64,000 bases of DNA from Geosiphon pyriformis uo1 (taxonomy: Eukaryota > Fungi > Glomeromycota), in contig JAAOMT010000480.1 in assembly GCA_016748015.1 (NCBI GenBank), positions 186,001-250,000 on the forward strand, written 5' to 3'. A model generated the notes under the pieces. That model did not search any database, was not told where the DNA came from, and saw only the letters and a list, made by a program, of their open reading frames with translations. Positions 1 through 13,488 of this stretch are shown here, piece after piece (position 1 is the stretch's first letter; every line of letters begins with the position of its first letter). Position numbers and translations under genes: made by a program.

Positions 1-1328
1 GAATCTCCTTTGGTTGAACTAGTATTCATTGTACTTCCAATTGTGAAATGTTATTGGTGGATGATGATGTTATTTGGTGATATTGTTTTAGTCGATTACT
101 ATATGCTGCTTTGGTTAAGATTTTGTTGTCCCATCTTAATTTATAAGCTCCATTTCCAAGAATTTTTTCTATGTGAAATGATCTATTTGGGGTTGAATTT
201 TTCACTTCATTGTTTTCCCGCTTTGGTACAATGTAGAAGTATTTTGTCTTCAATCTTAAATTCAACTGGTTTATCTGGTAATTGGTTATCATGTCATTTT
301 TTTTGCTTTTCTTGAGACTTTTGAATATTATCAGCTGCTTTTAGTCATCTGTTTTCTAGTGTTTCTATTAGGTCATATGTTCTTCTCAACAATGTTTCTT
401 GGAAATTAGCTTCTGTTATTGGTTCAGTTGGATATGTATTGACCTCTATCTCAACTGGTAATGTTGCTATTCTACCATATACTAATTTAAATAGTGTTGC
501 TTGTGTAGTATCTTGTCTCATTGTTTGATAAGCACATAATATTAATGGTATAAACAAATCTCATTTGTCTTGGTTTTTTTGACTGATTTTGGCAATTGCT
601 TCACACAATGTTCTATTAAACCTTTTGACTAGTCCATTTGTTTGTGGATAGTATGGTAATGATAATGGTCTTTTAATTCCAAATCTTTGACTTAATTCTG
701 TCAATGTTCTGTTTACAAAGTGGGTTCTTTGATCTGATAATAGTTTTTTTGGACATCCATGTCAACATATCAACTCTTCATAAATGAATTTGGCAATGGA
801 TTCTGCATCTGCTCTTTGAATAGCTTTTGCTTCTGGCCATTTAATGAGATAATTCATGACTACTGCAATATATTTGTTGTCTCTGCTAGTGATTGTTAGT
901 GGTTTAACTAAGTCAATTCCAATTTGATCAAATAGTTGTCCTACTTTGATTGGTCTTAATGGTTCACTTGGTCTTGTTCCTTCTCTTTTCTGACAAGCAT
1001 CACAATTCTGAACATATTGGATGATGTCTAGATACATTGATGGCCAATAGTATCTTTTTCTGGTTTTTTCTATGGTTGTTTCTTTATGAAAATATCCTGC
1101 TGTTGGATCTGAGTGCATGTTGAAATATATTGTTTCTTTTTCTGGTTCTGTAATAACTCTGATTGGTTGGTCTGAATTCCTTCTGTTTTTCTGGTAAAAT
1201 ATATTTTGATAATTGATAAAATATTTTGATTGCTGTTTTATGTTGTTTTGTTCTTTTTGAGATAATTTCTCCTTGAATGATTGAATATTTATATAATATT
1301 GAAGTTGTTGGTATTTTTGTGTGTTCAT
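1..1328 (-). pseudogene. Gypsy integrase (stand-alone ORF, own ATG at 1328)
   Basis: HHCC zinc finger (MHSDPTAGYFH...CDACQ), rve core (IGIDLV...KWPEAKA) and GPF/Y-type C-terminus (FHIEKILGNGAYKL). Confidence 0.9.
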
Positions 1329-1359
1329 CTTTCTGTTATATTTTTGGGTTGAAATGTTT

Positions 1360-2680
1360 TTAAATTTGTCTCATTTGCGACAACTCATTAGCATTTCTAT
1401 TGTCTTTTTTTTTTATAGTGTACTGTATAATTGAATGGTGAAAGTTCTATTTTTCATCTAGTGTGGCAATTGTCTGCAAATTCTTGTTTCTGGATTGAAG
1501 TCAATCTCTTGTGATTAGTGTACACCTCAAACTTTTGACTCAAATATTTTTTCTACTTGATGACAGCCCAATAGATTGCTAAGTGTTCCAGTATTAGAGT
1601 TCCATAGTTTTTTTCAGCTGGACTTAAGCTTCTACTGGCATAAGCTACTGGATGTTCTCTTCCATCTGGTCTTTTCTGTAATAGTACTGTTCTCAATGCT
1701 TGACCTGATGCATTAGTAGTAATAATGAATGGTTTGTTGTAATCTGGATACATTAATACTAGAGCTTGGATAAGCTTTCTTTTCAATGTGTCAAATGCTT
1801 CTTGTTAAGTTTCAGTCCATTCATATTTCATATTCTTGGTTTGTAGATAGTGAAGTGACTGAGCTAGTTTAGAAAAGTCCTTAATAAAGTGGTGATAGTA
1901 ACCTGTGAATCCCAAAAATGCCCTTAGTTCTGGCAAGTTGGCTGGTACTGGAAAGTTCTTAACTACTTCAATCTTGTCTGGATCTGTTTTGATTCCATTT
2001 TTGCTCACCACATGTCCCAAAAATTTGAGTTCAGTTTTTCTAAAAAAACATTTAGTTGCATTTAGTTTCAATCCAGTTCTTCTTAACCTTTTGAATACTT
2101 GTTGAAGATAATGCAGATAATCATTGAATGTTTTTGAGAATACATTGGTGTTATCCAAGTATATGACTACTGATTTCTATAGTAGTCCAGTATAAACAAT
2201 TTTTATAAGCCATTAGAATGTGACTGAAGCATTCATCAAGCCAAATGGCATGACTTCAAACTCAAAATTTCTTTCTCTTGTGGTAAATGCTGTTTTCTTT
2301 TTGTCGGCTGAATTCATGGCTACTTGCCAGTATTCACTATCTAGATCTAATGTCAAGAACCATTTATTTCCACCAAAAACATCGAATAATTCCTGGATCT
2401 TTGGAGTTGGGTAGCTATCACCTTTAGTTACTCCATTCAGTTTCCAGTAATCTACACAAAAACGGATTTTTCCATTCTTCTTACAAACTAGTACTACTGG
2501 TAATGACCATGGACTTATTGATGGCTGAATTAGCCTATTGTCAAACATCTGGTTGATTTCTTGATGAATGATCTCATGGTTAGCTGATGGTACTTTGTTT
2601 AATTGGCATTGTATCTCCAGTCTTGATCTGATGTTGGATAATATTGGTTCAGCCAAATTTATTTTCACTAGCAAAGATGT
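1360..2680 (-). pseudogene. Gypsy reverse transcriptase + RNase H
   Basis: SPWSLPVVLV-KKNGKIRFCVDY, VMPFGL, YLDN (from YLDD), KFLGHVVS, PVAYASRSLSPAEKNY. Ends NANELSQMRQI-stop at 1360-1362. Confidence 0.92.
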
Positions 2681-3169
2681 TATTGAAATTGTTGAATAAT
2701 ATCTTGAGTTGCATCTGTTGAAATGGATCTAGATTCTCTATGTTCATTTGTTCCAATTGTTTTGGTTGGAGCAGATAACATTCACTTCGTCCATAGATGA
2801 TTTGTAATGTAATGTCCACATATTTGCAAAGCTGTAGAAAATCTGGAATGTGATTTGGTGGTTGATCCTTAACTTCAGTGGTCAAATATCCAATAATAGT
2901 TCCCTTTGGTATTTCAATAATACTTCTGGTTGTGTTGTAGATGGGAATTTTGATGTTTTTGGGGCTTTTGGCTGATATGTAGAAATTAGTGAGTCCAATC
3001 TTTCCTGATTCGCAAATGGTGGCTTCTGTTTTAAACAACTGGGCCTGATTCTTTACTTCTCTTTTTATAGATAACATATACTGTTCATATGATGGAATGG
3101 AAATTGATTGACAGATTGAGATAATTTCTCTTTTGTCAATAATCTCTTCCTCTGTCATATTAACTGATA

Positions 3170-3570
3170 TGTCTATTCTATCCGTTAATTCAAATCCCTG
3201 TATCCCTTTAGTAGTAATCCCTAATTCTTCTCTGTTTCTTATTAACACTAATTGAGCTATTTTCACCAAAGATAGGAATATTGCTTGTGCTATCTTTTTG
3301 TTTGGCTCTATGATATAGGCCTTTTTAGAGTTATTTTGTAGCATAGCAATGATATTTCCTACATATCCTGCATCAATTATTTCTCCTCTAATGTTGATTT
3401 CTTTTTTCACTAGGCTATTCCTAGATGCTAATTGAACCATAGTTGTTGTTGAAATTTCCAGAGCTATTTTGAGATTAATACATGTGCACAAATTTGGTTC
3501 CAATTTGATAGCTTTTTTTTCCAGATATTTTAGATCAAACTTTATATCAATATCATACATGCATTCTGGC
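3170..3570 (-). pseudogene. dUTPase domain within the retrotransposon polyprotein
   Basis: Trimeric dUTPase motifs in order: FDLKY, LASRNSL, GEIIDAGYVGNI, KIAQAIF, KGIQGFELT (from RGxxGFGST). Confidence 0.85.
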
Positions 3571-3844
3571 ATGATACCTTCATTATTGTTACTATACTAT
3601 TTAAGTTCTTGCTTCTTAGATAGATCAGGAAGTGCAATATATATTTTGGGGTTTAAATTGAAGTCTGAATCACTGATATTTTTGTTGCCATTTTGAGCAG
3701 AGCTGGAACCATTATTATCATCATTGTTGGAGTTTAAATCAGGATTGAAAATCGATTCTGATTCAGATGCACAGCTGCCAATTGGTTCTTTTTCCTCTGG
3801 GATTGTGTAGATCATGCATGGTGGTGGATTGTAAATGAAGTTAC

Positions 3845-4460
3845 ACTTATTACAATATTGAAAGTCACATGGAATCAAACAGTGGTCACATAGTCAAGTG
3901 TTGATTTCTTCCAAGCATTGCTCCTGCTCTTCTCTCATAGATGCTAGCTCTTGATAATGTTTGTGGAATTCTAAATCTAAAAAATTTATGACTGGTTTTG
4001 GGTCCCAATCAAATTCTATAGGTTCAGGTGGATTATTTTTAATTGTTTTTATCTCTTCTAGTGTTGTTCCTTTGATTTTGGTAAGTGCTATTCACCAGAT
4101 TTTGTCATCATTGTGTGGACATCCATCCAGACATTTGATGGTTTGTCTTCAGACAGCATCTATAAGCATTCCTTTCCTCACCCAGTCGCTTATGAGAATT
4201 GTGTATTGACACAATTCATTGCACATTTTTTCTCACCCAGGAATGTCATTCCACATTTCTTTGTCCAGAAAAGTTTCTCAACAACCCAAGCATGATTTAT
4301 TGTCCTATTTTTCAACCCGTTTTGGCCTTTCAAAGCATTCAATGATGCATGAGTGGCAGTAGAATTTTGTTGCCGAAGTGTACTCCTCATTGTCATCACA
4401 ACAAGCACTCATTGATGACAATTTCTTGCCACAATCGACACATACCAGTTTTGGACAGTG
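3845..4460 (-). pseudogene. Cys-rich domain of unknown function between protease and dUTPase
   Basis: Manual translation gives CVDCGKK...FYCHSC...DNKSCLGC...MCNELC...LCDHCLIPCDFQYCNKC. Homologous to 56510-57130. Confidence 0.7.
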
Positions 4461-4829
4461 ATAAGTAGATTGGTGGGGTGTAGTGTAGGAATTATAAGTG
4501 GAGTTGCTGTCAGTTGTTGGTTTTTCTTTCTTCCCGTTTTTTTTTCTCTTTTTGTTTTCTTTTTATTCCTAATTTATTTGTTCTTCCTGGTTGTTGTCAG
4601 TTTTCCAAGCTTAGTTAGCTTTTCAGATAAGTTTTTTGTGCTGCTTTCTTTTGCTGTTGTCATCTCATGAAGGTACTGGCAGCAGCTTGTTGTGTTTGGT
4701 GTTGGCCCAAGAAACTTGGTAGGCTTCTTAGGTAGGTTTTTTCTCCTCTTTCTCAAATTCAATAAGTGGGGTTGTTGAGTTGGTGGTCTTGAAATGGCCA
4801 CACATGACTGGTATGCATGTGTGTTGGCT

Positions 4830-5200
4830 GTTCTGGCTAATTTGAAGCTCTTACATATTCCAATCAAGCAATACATTGGTTTTGAATAACCAATCATTTC
4901 CAATAAGTGCTTGGTATTGGGTGGCTTTCATGACCAGTACTTTGATTGGGATCATGATATTTTTGACTTTGATGAAGAAGTCATCAATCTCACCATTGGA
5001 AGTTTTTGTTGCTCCATCAGTGGTTATAATCCTGGTGCTGGCAGTGCAATCAATTCAGTAACCTAATTGGTCCATGAGTTGTTTTGTAATGATGCTGTCA
5101 GCTAATCTATTATCTAGAATCAGTTTAATGGAGTGGCCATCAACTTTGGCATCAGTATACATGGCCGTAATAGGTTTTTTTTCCAGAGTGGCTCCACTAA
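4830..5200 (-). pseudogene. Retropepsin aspartic protease
   Basis: AMYTDAKVDGHSIKLILDNRLADSII (decayed LILDSGSAGSII), followed by the ALIGNDW flap/G motif. Confidence 0.8.
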
Positions 5201-5469
5201 ATAATGGTGTGGTCGACAGTTCTTTGAGTTTAAATGGAAAAATGGCGTTCAGTAATTTATTCTCAGTGATGGTAGCTGGCAGAATGTTGCTGGTAAGTGT
5301 TGGTTGTTGGTTGGTCTCCAGATTATTGGATTGGGCATCTTCTGTGGTAATCAGGAGACTTAAATAGTTCTGGGAATTTGGGTTTTGGATGTATCCAGTG
5401 CCTGAATTCCATTGTTGAGATTCTGCTGGTTGTGTAGAAGAACTGGGGATCAGTTGGTAAACTATCATT

Positions 5470-7510
5470 GATAATTTCTAGCTTTGTTGGGTCAATTTCA
5501 GCCTTTGGGTTCTGTTTTGAGGTAAGTTCTGTGGTGGTGTTTGAATTTGTTGGAGCTGATAGATTACCTGAGGCTGCGGCTGATAAATGGGTTGTGACTG
5601 TGGCTGATAAATTGTTGGTATTGTTAGTTGATAAATTGGCACTTGATATACTGGTGGATAATAAAGTAACTACTGTGTCATAGATATGTAATTCTGATGA
5701 TATGGCTCTGAGTTTAGTAGGTTATTCAGAATTTGAAACCAGCAATCAGGGTTTTGATATTGATTTCCCGATTATTGGTTATTTAAGCAATGATGGCAAT
5801 CAATTTGTAAGTGTTCTTGTTTACCACAATAGTGGCAAACACACATTTCTTGTTGTCACTGTTGATTAGTCGATAATGATAGATGCAACTGATTCTGGAA
5901 ATAATTTGCATTTCTGGAATTATTGCATCATTGTGGTGGTTGATAAATTGTGTGATTGTCAGCTAAGTATCTCTTTAATTTCTGATTGATAGAATCACTA
6001 AATTGTTTCAATTTGGAATCCAATTCAGATGATCTATTCATTACTAGATTAATGGCTTGGGCATAGTTAGCTTCGAGTTTAGTAGTTTCAAAATCTTAGG
6101 CATTTGTGACAGCTGCTTGTAGATTGATAGGATGCAATGGACGTATGCATTACAAGATACTACTGCATAATCTGCAAATAAACTGATTTAGGATCTGAGC
6201 CACTGTGAAATAATTAGCATCGATGGCTTGAATCTGGTGCAGATTTCTGTGGAAGCATCCTAAGTAAATAGTGACTGCTTTATTTTCTCCTTGTTTGATA
6301 ATAGTGAATGTGTTTGCTAGTCTGTTAATACTATTATTGTTGCTAAAGTATCATAAGAACTCAATTTTGAATGCATTAAAATCTTGAAGTTTGTTGACCA
6401 GGCTTTGGTATCATGAATTGGCAGTATCCTGAAGAAAATATGGGATAGCTTGCATGGCTTTGACATCATTCCATCCATTAGCTGCAATGGCTTTCTCCAC
6501 ATTATTTAGCCATACTTGGGCGTTATCCTCTTTGCTGGTGAATTTTTTGAGTTTGGCTATTGGTGTGTATGCCATTAGATCTAAGTTGGGTTGTGGTTGC
6601 TGCTGGATTTGTTGTTGAGATAGCAGTTGTGGCTGTTGTTGCTGTTGGGCATTTGGTGGAGCTGGTGGTGGATTGATCACAATTACTGAAGGTAAGTGCT
6701 GATTAATTACATCAAGGTTTTAATTATTCTGATTTTCCAGAGTTTGATTAACCGGAGTTTTAATTTCTGAATGTTTTAAGATCAGGTTTTGCTTATTAAC
6801 TTCTCAATCACTACTCTTTTCTTCCTCAGAGTTGGTTATTTCCCAAGAATTAATGGCTCCAAAATCTGGTTGTGGTGGTGGTGATCAAATTTCTAATGGT
6901 GTTGGAAATTGTGATTTAAATTTCTTGAAATAATTGCCATATGTTCCTAATAACTCTGTCTTTTTTTGTTTATTTTGGAATGAAATTCTGTTTAGTGGCA
7001 TTGTCATGCTTGTTGTAGCTGTGTTTATTATATTGATAGTGCTTCCAGGTGTGTGACAATATAATAGATTAGCAAGTAAATCAAACCTTTGTTTCTTCCA
7101 AGTGGGTAGTTAGATTTGCTTTGGTGTTCCTGCTGGTGTTTGTAGCCTTCCTTTGCCTTTGTCTGCAAAAGTGATAGGAAATCTCTGTTTGGTGTATTTT
7201 TTAATTTTTCTGTTTATTTTTGTAATTAGGGGTGCAAATAGGTAATTTTGTGGAAGAGTGGTGCTTTGGAGTAATTCACTGAAGAAGTTGTTGAAGGCAA
7301 ATTTTGGATCTTCTTGGCCTCCTAAGTGATATACTATTCTTTCATTGACATAATAATTGAAAGCTAATTCAGTTGGCCAACTATTATTTGTTAATTTGAG
7401 ATGAGTGTGATAGTGTTGGAATAAGAATTTTGCAAATCCTAAATGGTTTGTTCCTATTTTTTTGGATTCTGCCACTGTTTGGATAATTATAATTGGTGTT
7501 GTTCTCTGTA
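5470..7510 (-). pseudogene. Gag (N-terminal extension, capsid, CCHC nucleocapsid)
   Basis: PIAKLKKFTSKEDNAQVWLNNVEKAIAANGWND...AIPYFLQDTA retrotransposon-gag signature, plus zinc knuckle. Confidence 0.82.
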
Positions 7511-7518
7511 GAATTATA

Positions 7519-7535
7519 CCTCACAGGGAGCACCA
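7519..7535 (-). promoter_or_regulatory. Primer-binding site (TGGTGCTCCCTGTGAGG)
   Basis: Begins TGG 2 nt inside the LTR end. Complementary to a tRNA 3' end ...CCUCACAGGGAGCACCA, which resembles elongator tRNA-Met. Confidence 0.8.
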
Positions 7536-7537
7536 AA

Positions 7538-8420
7538 TGTTACAGATGATTATTTGGGGTCTCAAATCAAATAACAAATTTATAACTTGGTGCTCAATAT
7601 CTTGACAATACTGGTAATACTGGTATGTTGGTTGTATTTGAAGGTTTTAAAGTTGAGTTCTTTGTATAATGGACAGAGATTCAATAATGATGTAGTTAGT
7701 TAATGAGTTGTGTTCCCAATTTCTGTCTTCAGCTTAGTGGCTGGTTTATTCTGGCAGTTGTGCCTTTCTAATAAGCTATCTGTTAATATATATATAATTT
7801 TACTCTTATTTCTGGGTCTTTTACCAGGCTATCCATGATGTTAATTACTCAGCGCTTTAATCTTTAATTAGTTAGTATACAACAATAAAATCAAAGAAAT
7901 AAATAAATAAAAAAAAATAAGAAAATGAGCCAAGACAATGTGCAAGTTAGTATCTTATCAATAGCCATGATCAAGAGCTATTGTTCCAGTGTGGTTAAGT
8001 ATCAATTACTATCAACACTTTATGTTGATAGTAAAGAGTAAATTTGGATGATGAATGATTTATTTATTTAATATTTGTAAATAGAAGATTTCTAATTAAA
8101 GAATTCTTATCTTTCTACTTTTAACACTACCACTATATATACATAATTAATGTTCTATGAGATCGCTCACATTTCTGAGTGATGTGCTATGATTTCTTGA
8201 GTAATGTTCATATTGCTAAGTAATATGCTCTAATTTTTTAACATTACTCTACATTGCTGAGCAATATGCCATGTTTTCTAATATTGCTCCACATTGCTGA
8301 GCAATGTGTCATGATTTTTATCATTGCTTTATATTGCTAAGCAATATGCTCACATACTACATACTATTCACTTATTAGTCTACTATTCTCCTTATATATT
8401 TTTTCTTTTTATAAATAACA
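7538..8420 (-). repeat. 5' LTR of copy A
   Basis: TGTTAC...TAACA termini, adjacent to PBS. Homologous to LTRs at 24030, 27362, 31067 and 44445. Confidence 0.85.
8201..8350. repeat. ~40-bp tandem array with palindromic core in LTR U3
   Basis: Units start at 8201, 8241, 8281 and 8321. Perfect palindrome CACATTGCT-G-AGCAATGTG at 8290-8308. Confidence 0.8.
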
Positions 8421-8762
8421 TTGTCTAAATCTGTAAATACTTTTTTTACTTTTAATATTACTATTATATATATATAATTCCTGTTATATAAAATTTTACA
8501 TATTTTTATTTTTTCCTATGCTACTTTCTAAAACTATGCTTATTTTTGAGCAATATATTATGATTTTTTGAAAATATGCTCATTCTTTATAAATGTACAT
8601 ATTTCTGAAAATATATTATAATTTCCTAAAAATATGCTTATTTTTTGTAAATATATATATTTTTAAAAATATGCTTACATATTAAATATTATTTTCTTAT
8701 TGGCCTATTTTTATAATCTGTTTTTTGTATTTTTTTTTTGTATTTTTTTTTTATAAGTAACA
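8421..8762 (-). repeat. U3 half of an older related LTR abutting copy A
   Basis: Repeats the 8110-8420 architecture (TATA run, degenerate tandem units, TATTGGC box) and ends ...TAAGTAACA. Confidence 0.65.
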
Positions 8763-10339
8763 ATAATAGTTTATACAAAATCAAATTTTCCTATTTTTTT
8801 TTTGATGAAAACTACTAATGAGCCTCAGAAATTTTTGGATGATTGAATAAAACTATTATTAAATATTTATTGTATTTTTTCTTTAATAAATTAATAACTA
8901 GTTAGTAAAATTTGGTAAACTTGTTGTCATTTTAGTAGAGCATTTCCTATATAAATTTAATATTAGATAATATTAATTTTTCTTAAATTATTGTTGTCTC
9001 TGAGAAATATATCAGCATATTAAGTAATCAGTTGTTTTAATTGTTTTTGTTATTAGAGTTCTAAAGAACTTATGTTAATTTTACTTAGTTTTTTTTTATA
9101 AGATGATAGTTTTTAATGTTTGAAATAATATTTGAATTTAGAAAAAGTGTGTGTTTTACAATTTTAATGAAATTAAAAACAATTTGAAAAGTTTTTTTTT
9201 GAAAAATATTATTATGTATAATTCTAATTTCTAATTTATTTAATAAAATAATAGAGTAATTGTTGAGATTGTAAAATGTAACTTGGAACTTTTTTATTCT
9301 TTTAAGAATATAAATATTTAAAATTGAAATTTTATGCTTTAAACAAATTTGTTTATTTAATTCAAATATTTGTTGTATAATAGTAGATTTTAAACAAGTA
9401 TAAATTTTTTGATATTTTCAAAAGAATAAAATAATAATTGGTTGTAAGAATTAAAAAATCTGGTAAAATTTATTCTGTGCTTTAAGAACTATATTAATTA
9501 AAACTGTAAATTATTTGGTTGAACTGAAATTTTGTAATTTTTTTTTATTTTTGCTTAATTATTTTCTGTTATTAACTAATTACAAACTTGAAATATTGAT
9601 TAAAAATAAATAAATAACTTGAATAATTTTTTTGGCATGCTTAATTTTAAATAATTTATCTGTTTTGTTTTGTAACATAATTGTAATATTTTCTGTATAT
9701 TTTGTATTGATAATTTATTCTTTAATGTTAATTTTTTTGCTAATCAAAGATGATTAAAAAATAATTTAAATTATTGCTCTTAGTAGAATTTCAAAAGCAA
9801 TTTTCAAATTGATTTTTGTTAAGAATTTTGGTTAAAGAACCAAAGTATTTTTGCCAAAATATTATAGATTATATTTTGCATTAATTTTGTAAAATAAAAA
9901 TAAGTACAACAATTAATTTAATTTTAACAATCAAAATATTGTAATTATGTATTTGTGAATTAGATAATTAAATTTTATTAAATTGGTTTAAAAAAATATA
10001 AAATAAAAGTTTAAACTAAGATTAAAATATTAGAAAAAAAGTGATCTTTATCTTTTTTGCTGTCTTTTTTTATTTGTTAAAACTACTTACTTTTATACAT
10101 ATTTTCTAGTTTTATAAAATTGTTTTTAATTGTTTGTTATTACTAATTATTATTTATTATTTTAGTTATTGCTTTATTTTTTTATACTATAAATAATTAT
10201 CTTATATTATTATTGATTATTTTGTGCTATTTTCTATTATTGTGTATTATTTTGTATTATTTTGTGTTATTTTATATTATTATGTTTTTTTTATGTTATT
10301 ATATATTAATTATATTTTTCTAATAGTTTTAAATTGGTT

Positions 10340-10640
10340 TTTTTAGGATAATACTAATCTGTTGTTTATGTTATTAAGTAATATAATTAAACTATTAAAA
10401 ATTAATAAAATTATTAATATTAGTTTTGGTAGATGTAAATTGTGTTTATTTTTTTTGAATATTAAGAATATAATTTTCATGTGTATAAATACATAATATT
10501 GTCTTAATTAGTCTAAATAACTGGTTACATATAGTAAAATATATAATTTATATTTAGTTTAGATTACTTAATTTGATGTATTGTATTAGATAGTATTTAA
10601 ATATTGCTTATTAAATATAAGAAAATAATAAAAAAAATAA
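10340..10640 (+). mobile_element. Heavily mutated LINE 3' end
   Basis: VIKLLKIN...SFGRCKLCLFF aligns with the ORF2 C-terminus at 16000-16122. The 3' UTR (tagtttagattacttaatttgatgtattg...ttgcttattaaat) matches 16180-16240, followed by an A-rich tail. Confidence 0.7.
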
Positions 10641-11155
10641 AATTCTTTTGTTTAAATTATAATTAATAAAAATAATTTTTGAAATTAAATTTCTTTGATA
10701 AAATTTAGTTATTAAAAAATATAATAATTGCAACAAATAAATTAAATATAAATTAATATATACATATATATATATATACAACTATATAATATACAATTAT
10801 AAATAAAATAATTTAAAAATTGTTTCTAAGTGTTATTATTGTTAAAGCTTCAATAACAATGCATTTTAATTAATGTATAACTTAACAAAATTAATCTTGT
10901 ATGAAAATTTCAAGATAAACGTCATCTAATCGCCAAGCCCTCATGTCTAATATTGAAAAAAGAAAAAAATTTGCTTGTAAAGTGGTGCGCAATAAATCCG
11001 GATCCGAGGTCTAAGTCGATCATAATAAAAATTTTCCACAAATAGAAATAAAGCCAAGTTGAATAGCCAAATCTTGTTCGTTTCTTGCTTGGCGATTCAT
11101 TGTGATCAATGACACTAATCCAATGAATTGCTTGGATTTTCTTGGGAGTCACTAA

Positions 11156-11162
11156 TATAAAA
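11156..11162 (+). promoter_or_regulatory. TATA box of actin promoter
   Basis: TATAAAA about 110 nt upstream of the first splice donor, followed by a pyrimidine-rich leader. Confidence 0.6.
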
Positions 11163-11265
11163 GGTCAACGGTCAAATTTCTTTTAAGCCCCTACCCATTT
11201 TTTTCTCTAAAGCAAAACCACTTTAGCAAAAGGTTAATTCGCTCGTCAACATCTTTTCTCACCAA

Positions 11266-11357
11266 GTAAGCATCATTTGTATCGCTTTCATCAATGTACT
11301 CTATCGTAATTCCATTAGTAATCTACAGTGACTGACTCTTTTTTTGCTCTTTTATAG
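11266..11357 (+). other. 5' UTR intron of actin
   Basis: GTAAGC donor, CTGAC branch point (11332-11336), polypyrimidine tract and TAG acceptor 32 nt upstream of the ATG. Confidence 0.72.
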
Positions 11358-11389
11358 GATTACATCATATACTCTTTAAATCTCTAGCT

Positions 11390-13339
<1,950 letters not shown>

Positions 13340-13482
13340 GACTCTTTAATCCCTCTTAAGTTGTATGGTTTTTGGATTAAGAATTCTAGCAATAAGGCCT
13401 CCTCTAGAAATTTTATTATTATTGCCTTTGTTTTTTTGGAAGTGTTAAATCAGTTTAGCAACAATATTTTTCTCAGAATCCA

Positions 13483-13488
13483 AATAAA
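13483..13488 (+). terminator. Candidate polyadenylation signal of actin
   Basis: AATAAA about 145 nt after the stop codon. Confidence 0.4.

Larger units (their letters stand above)
1..8420 (-). mobile_element. Ty3/Gypsy LTR retrotransposon, copy A (decayed; 3' end lies outside the window)
   Basis: Minus-strand order: 5' LTR, PBS, gag with CCHC knuckle (CHYCGKQEHLQIDC, ~5800-5845), protease, Cys-rich region, dUTPase, RT, RNase H, integrase. Many premature stops. Confidence 0.93.

Noticed and set aside
2649-3572. dUTPase as a host gene or recent bacterial transfer
   Set aside because: It is embedded between protease and RT at the same position in three element copies, so it is part of the retrotransposon.
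8201-8350. Palindromic regularly spaced repeats resembling a CRISPR array
   Set aside because: The inter-palindrome segments are similar to each other rather than unique spacers, the array lies inside an LTR, and the context is eukaryotic with no cas genes.
10922-11152. 76-aa minus-strand ORF divergent from actin
   Set aside because: Non-ATG start, no recognisable homology, and it overlaps the actin promoter. There is no support for coding.
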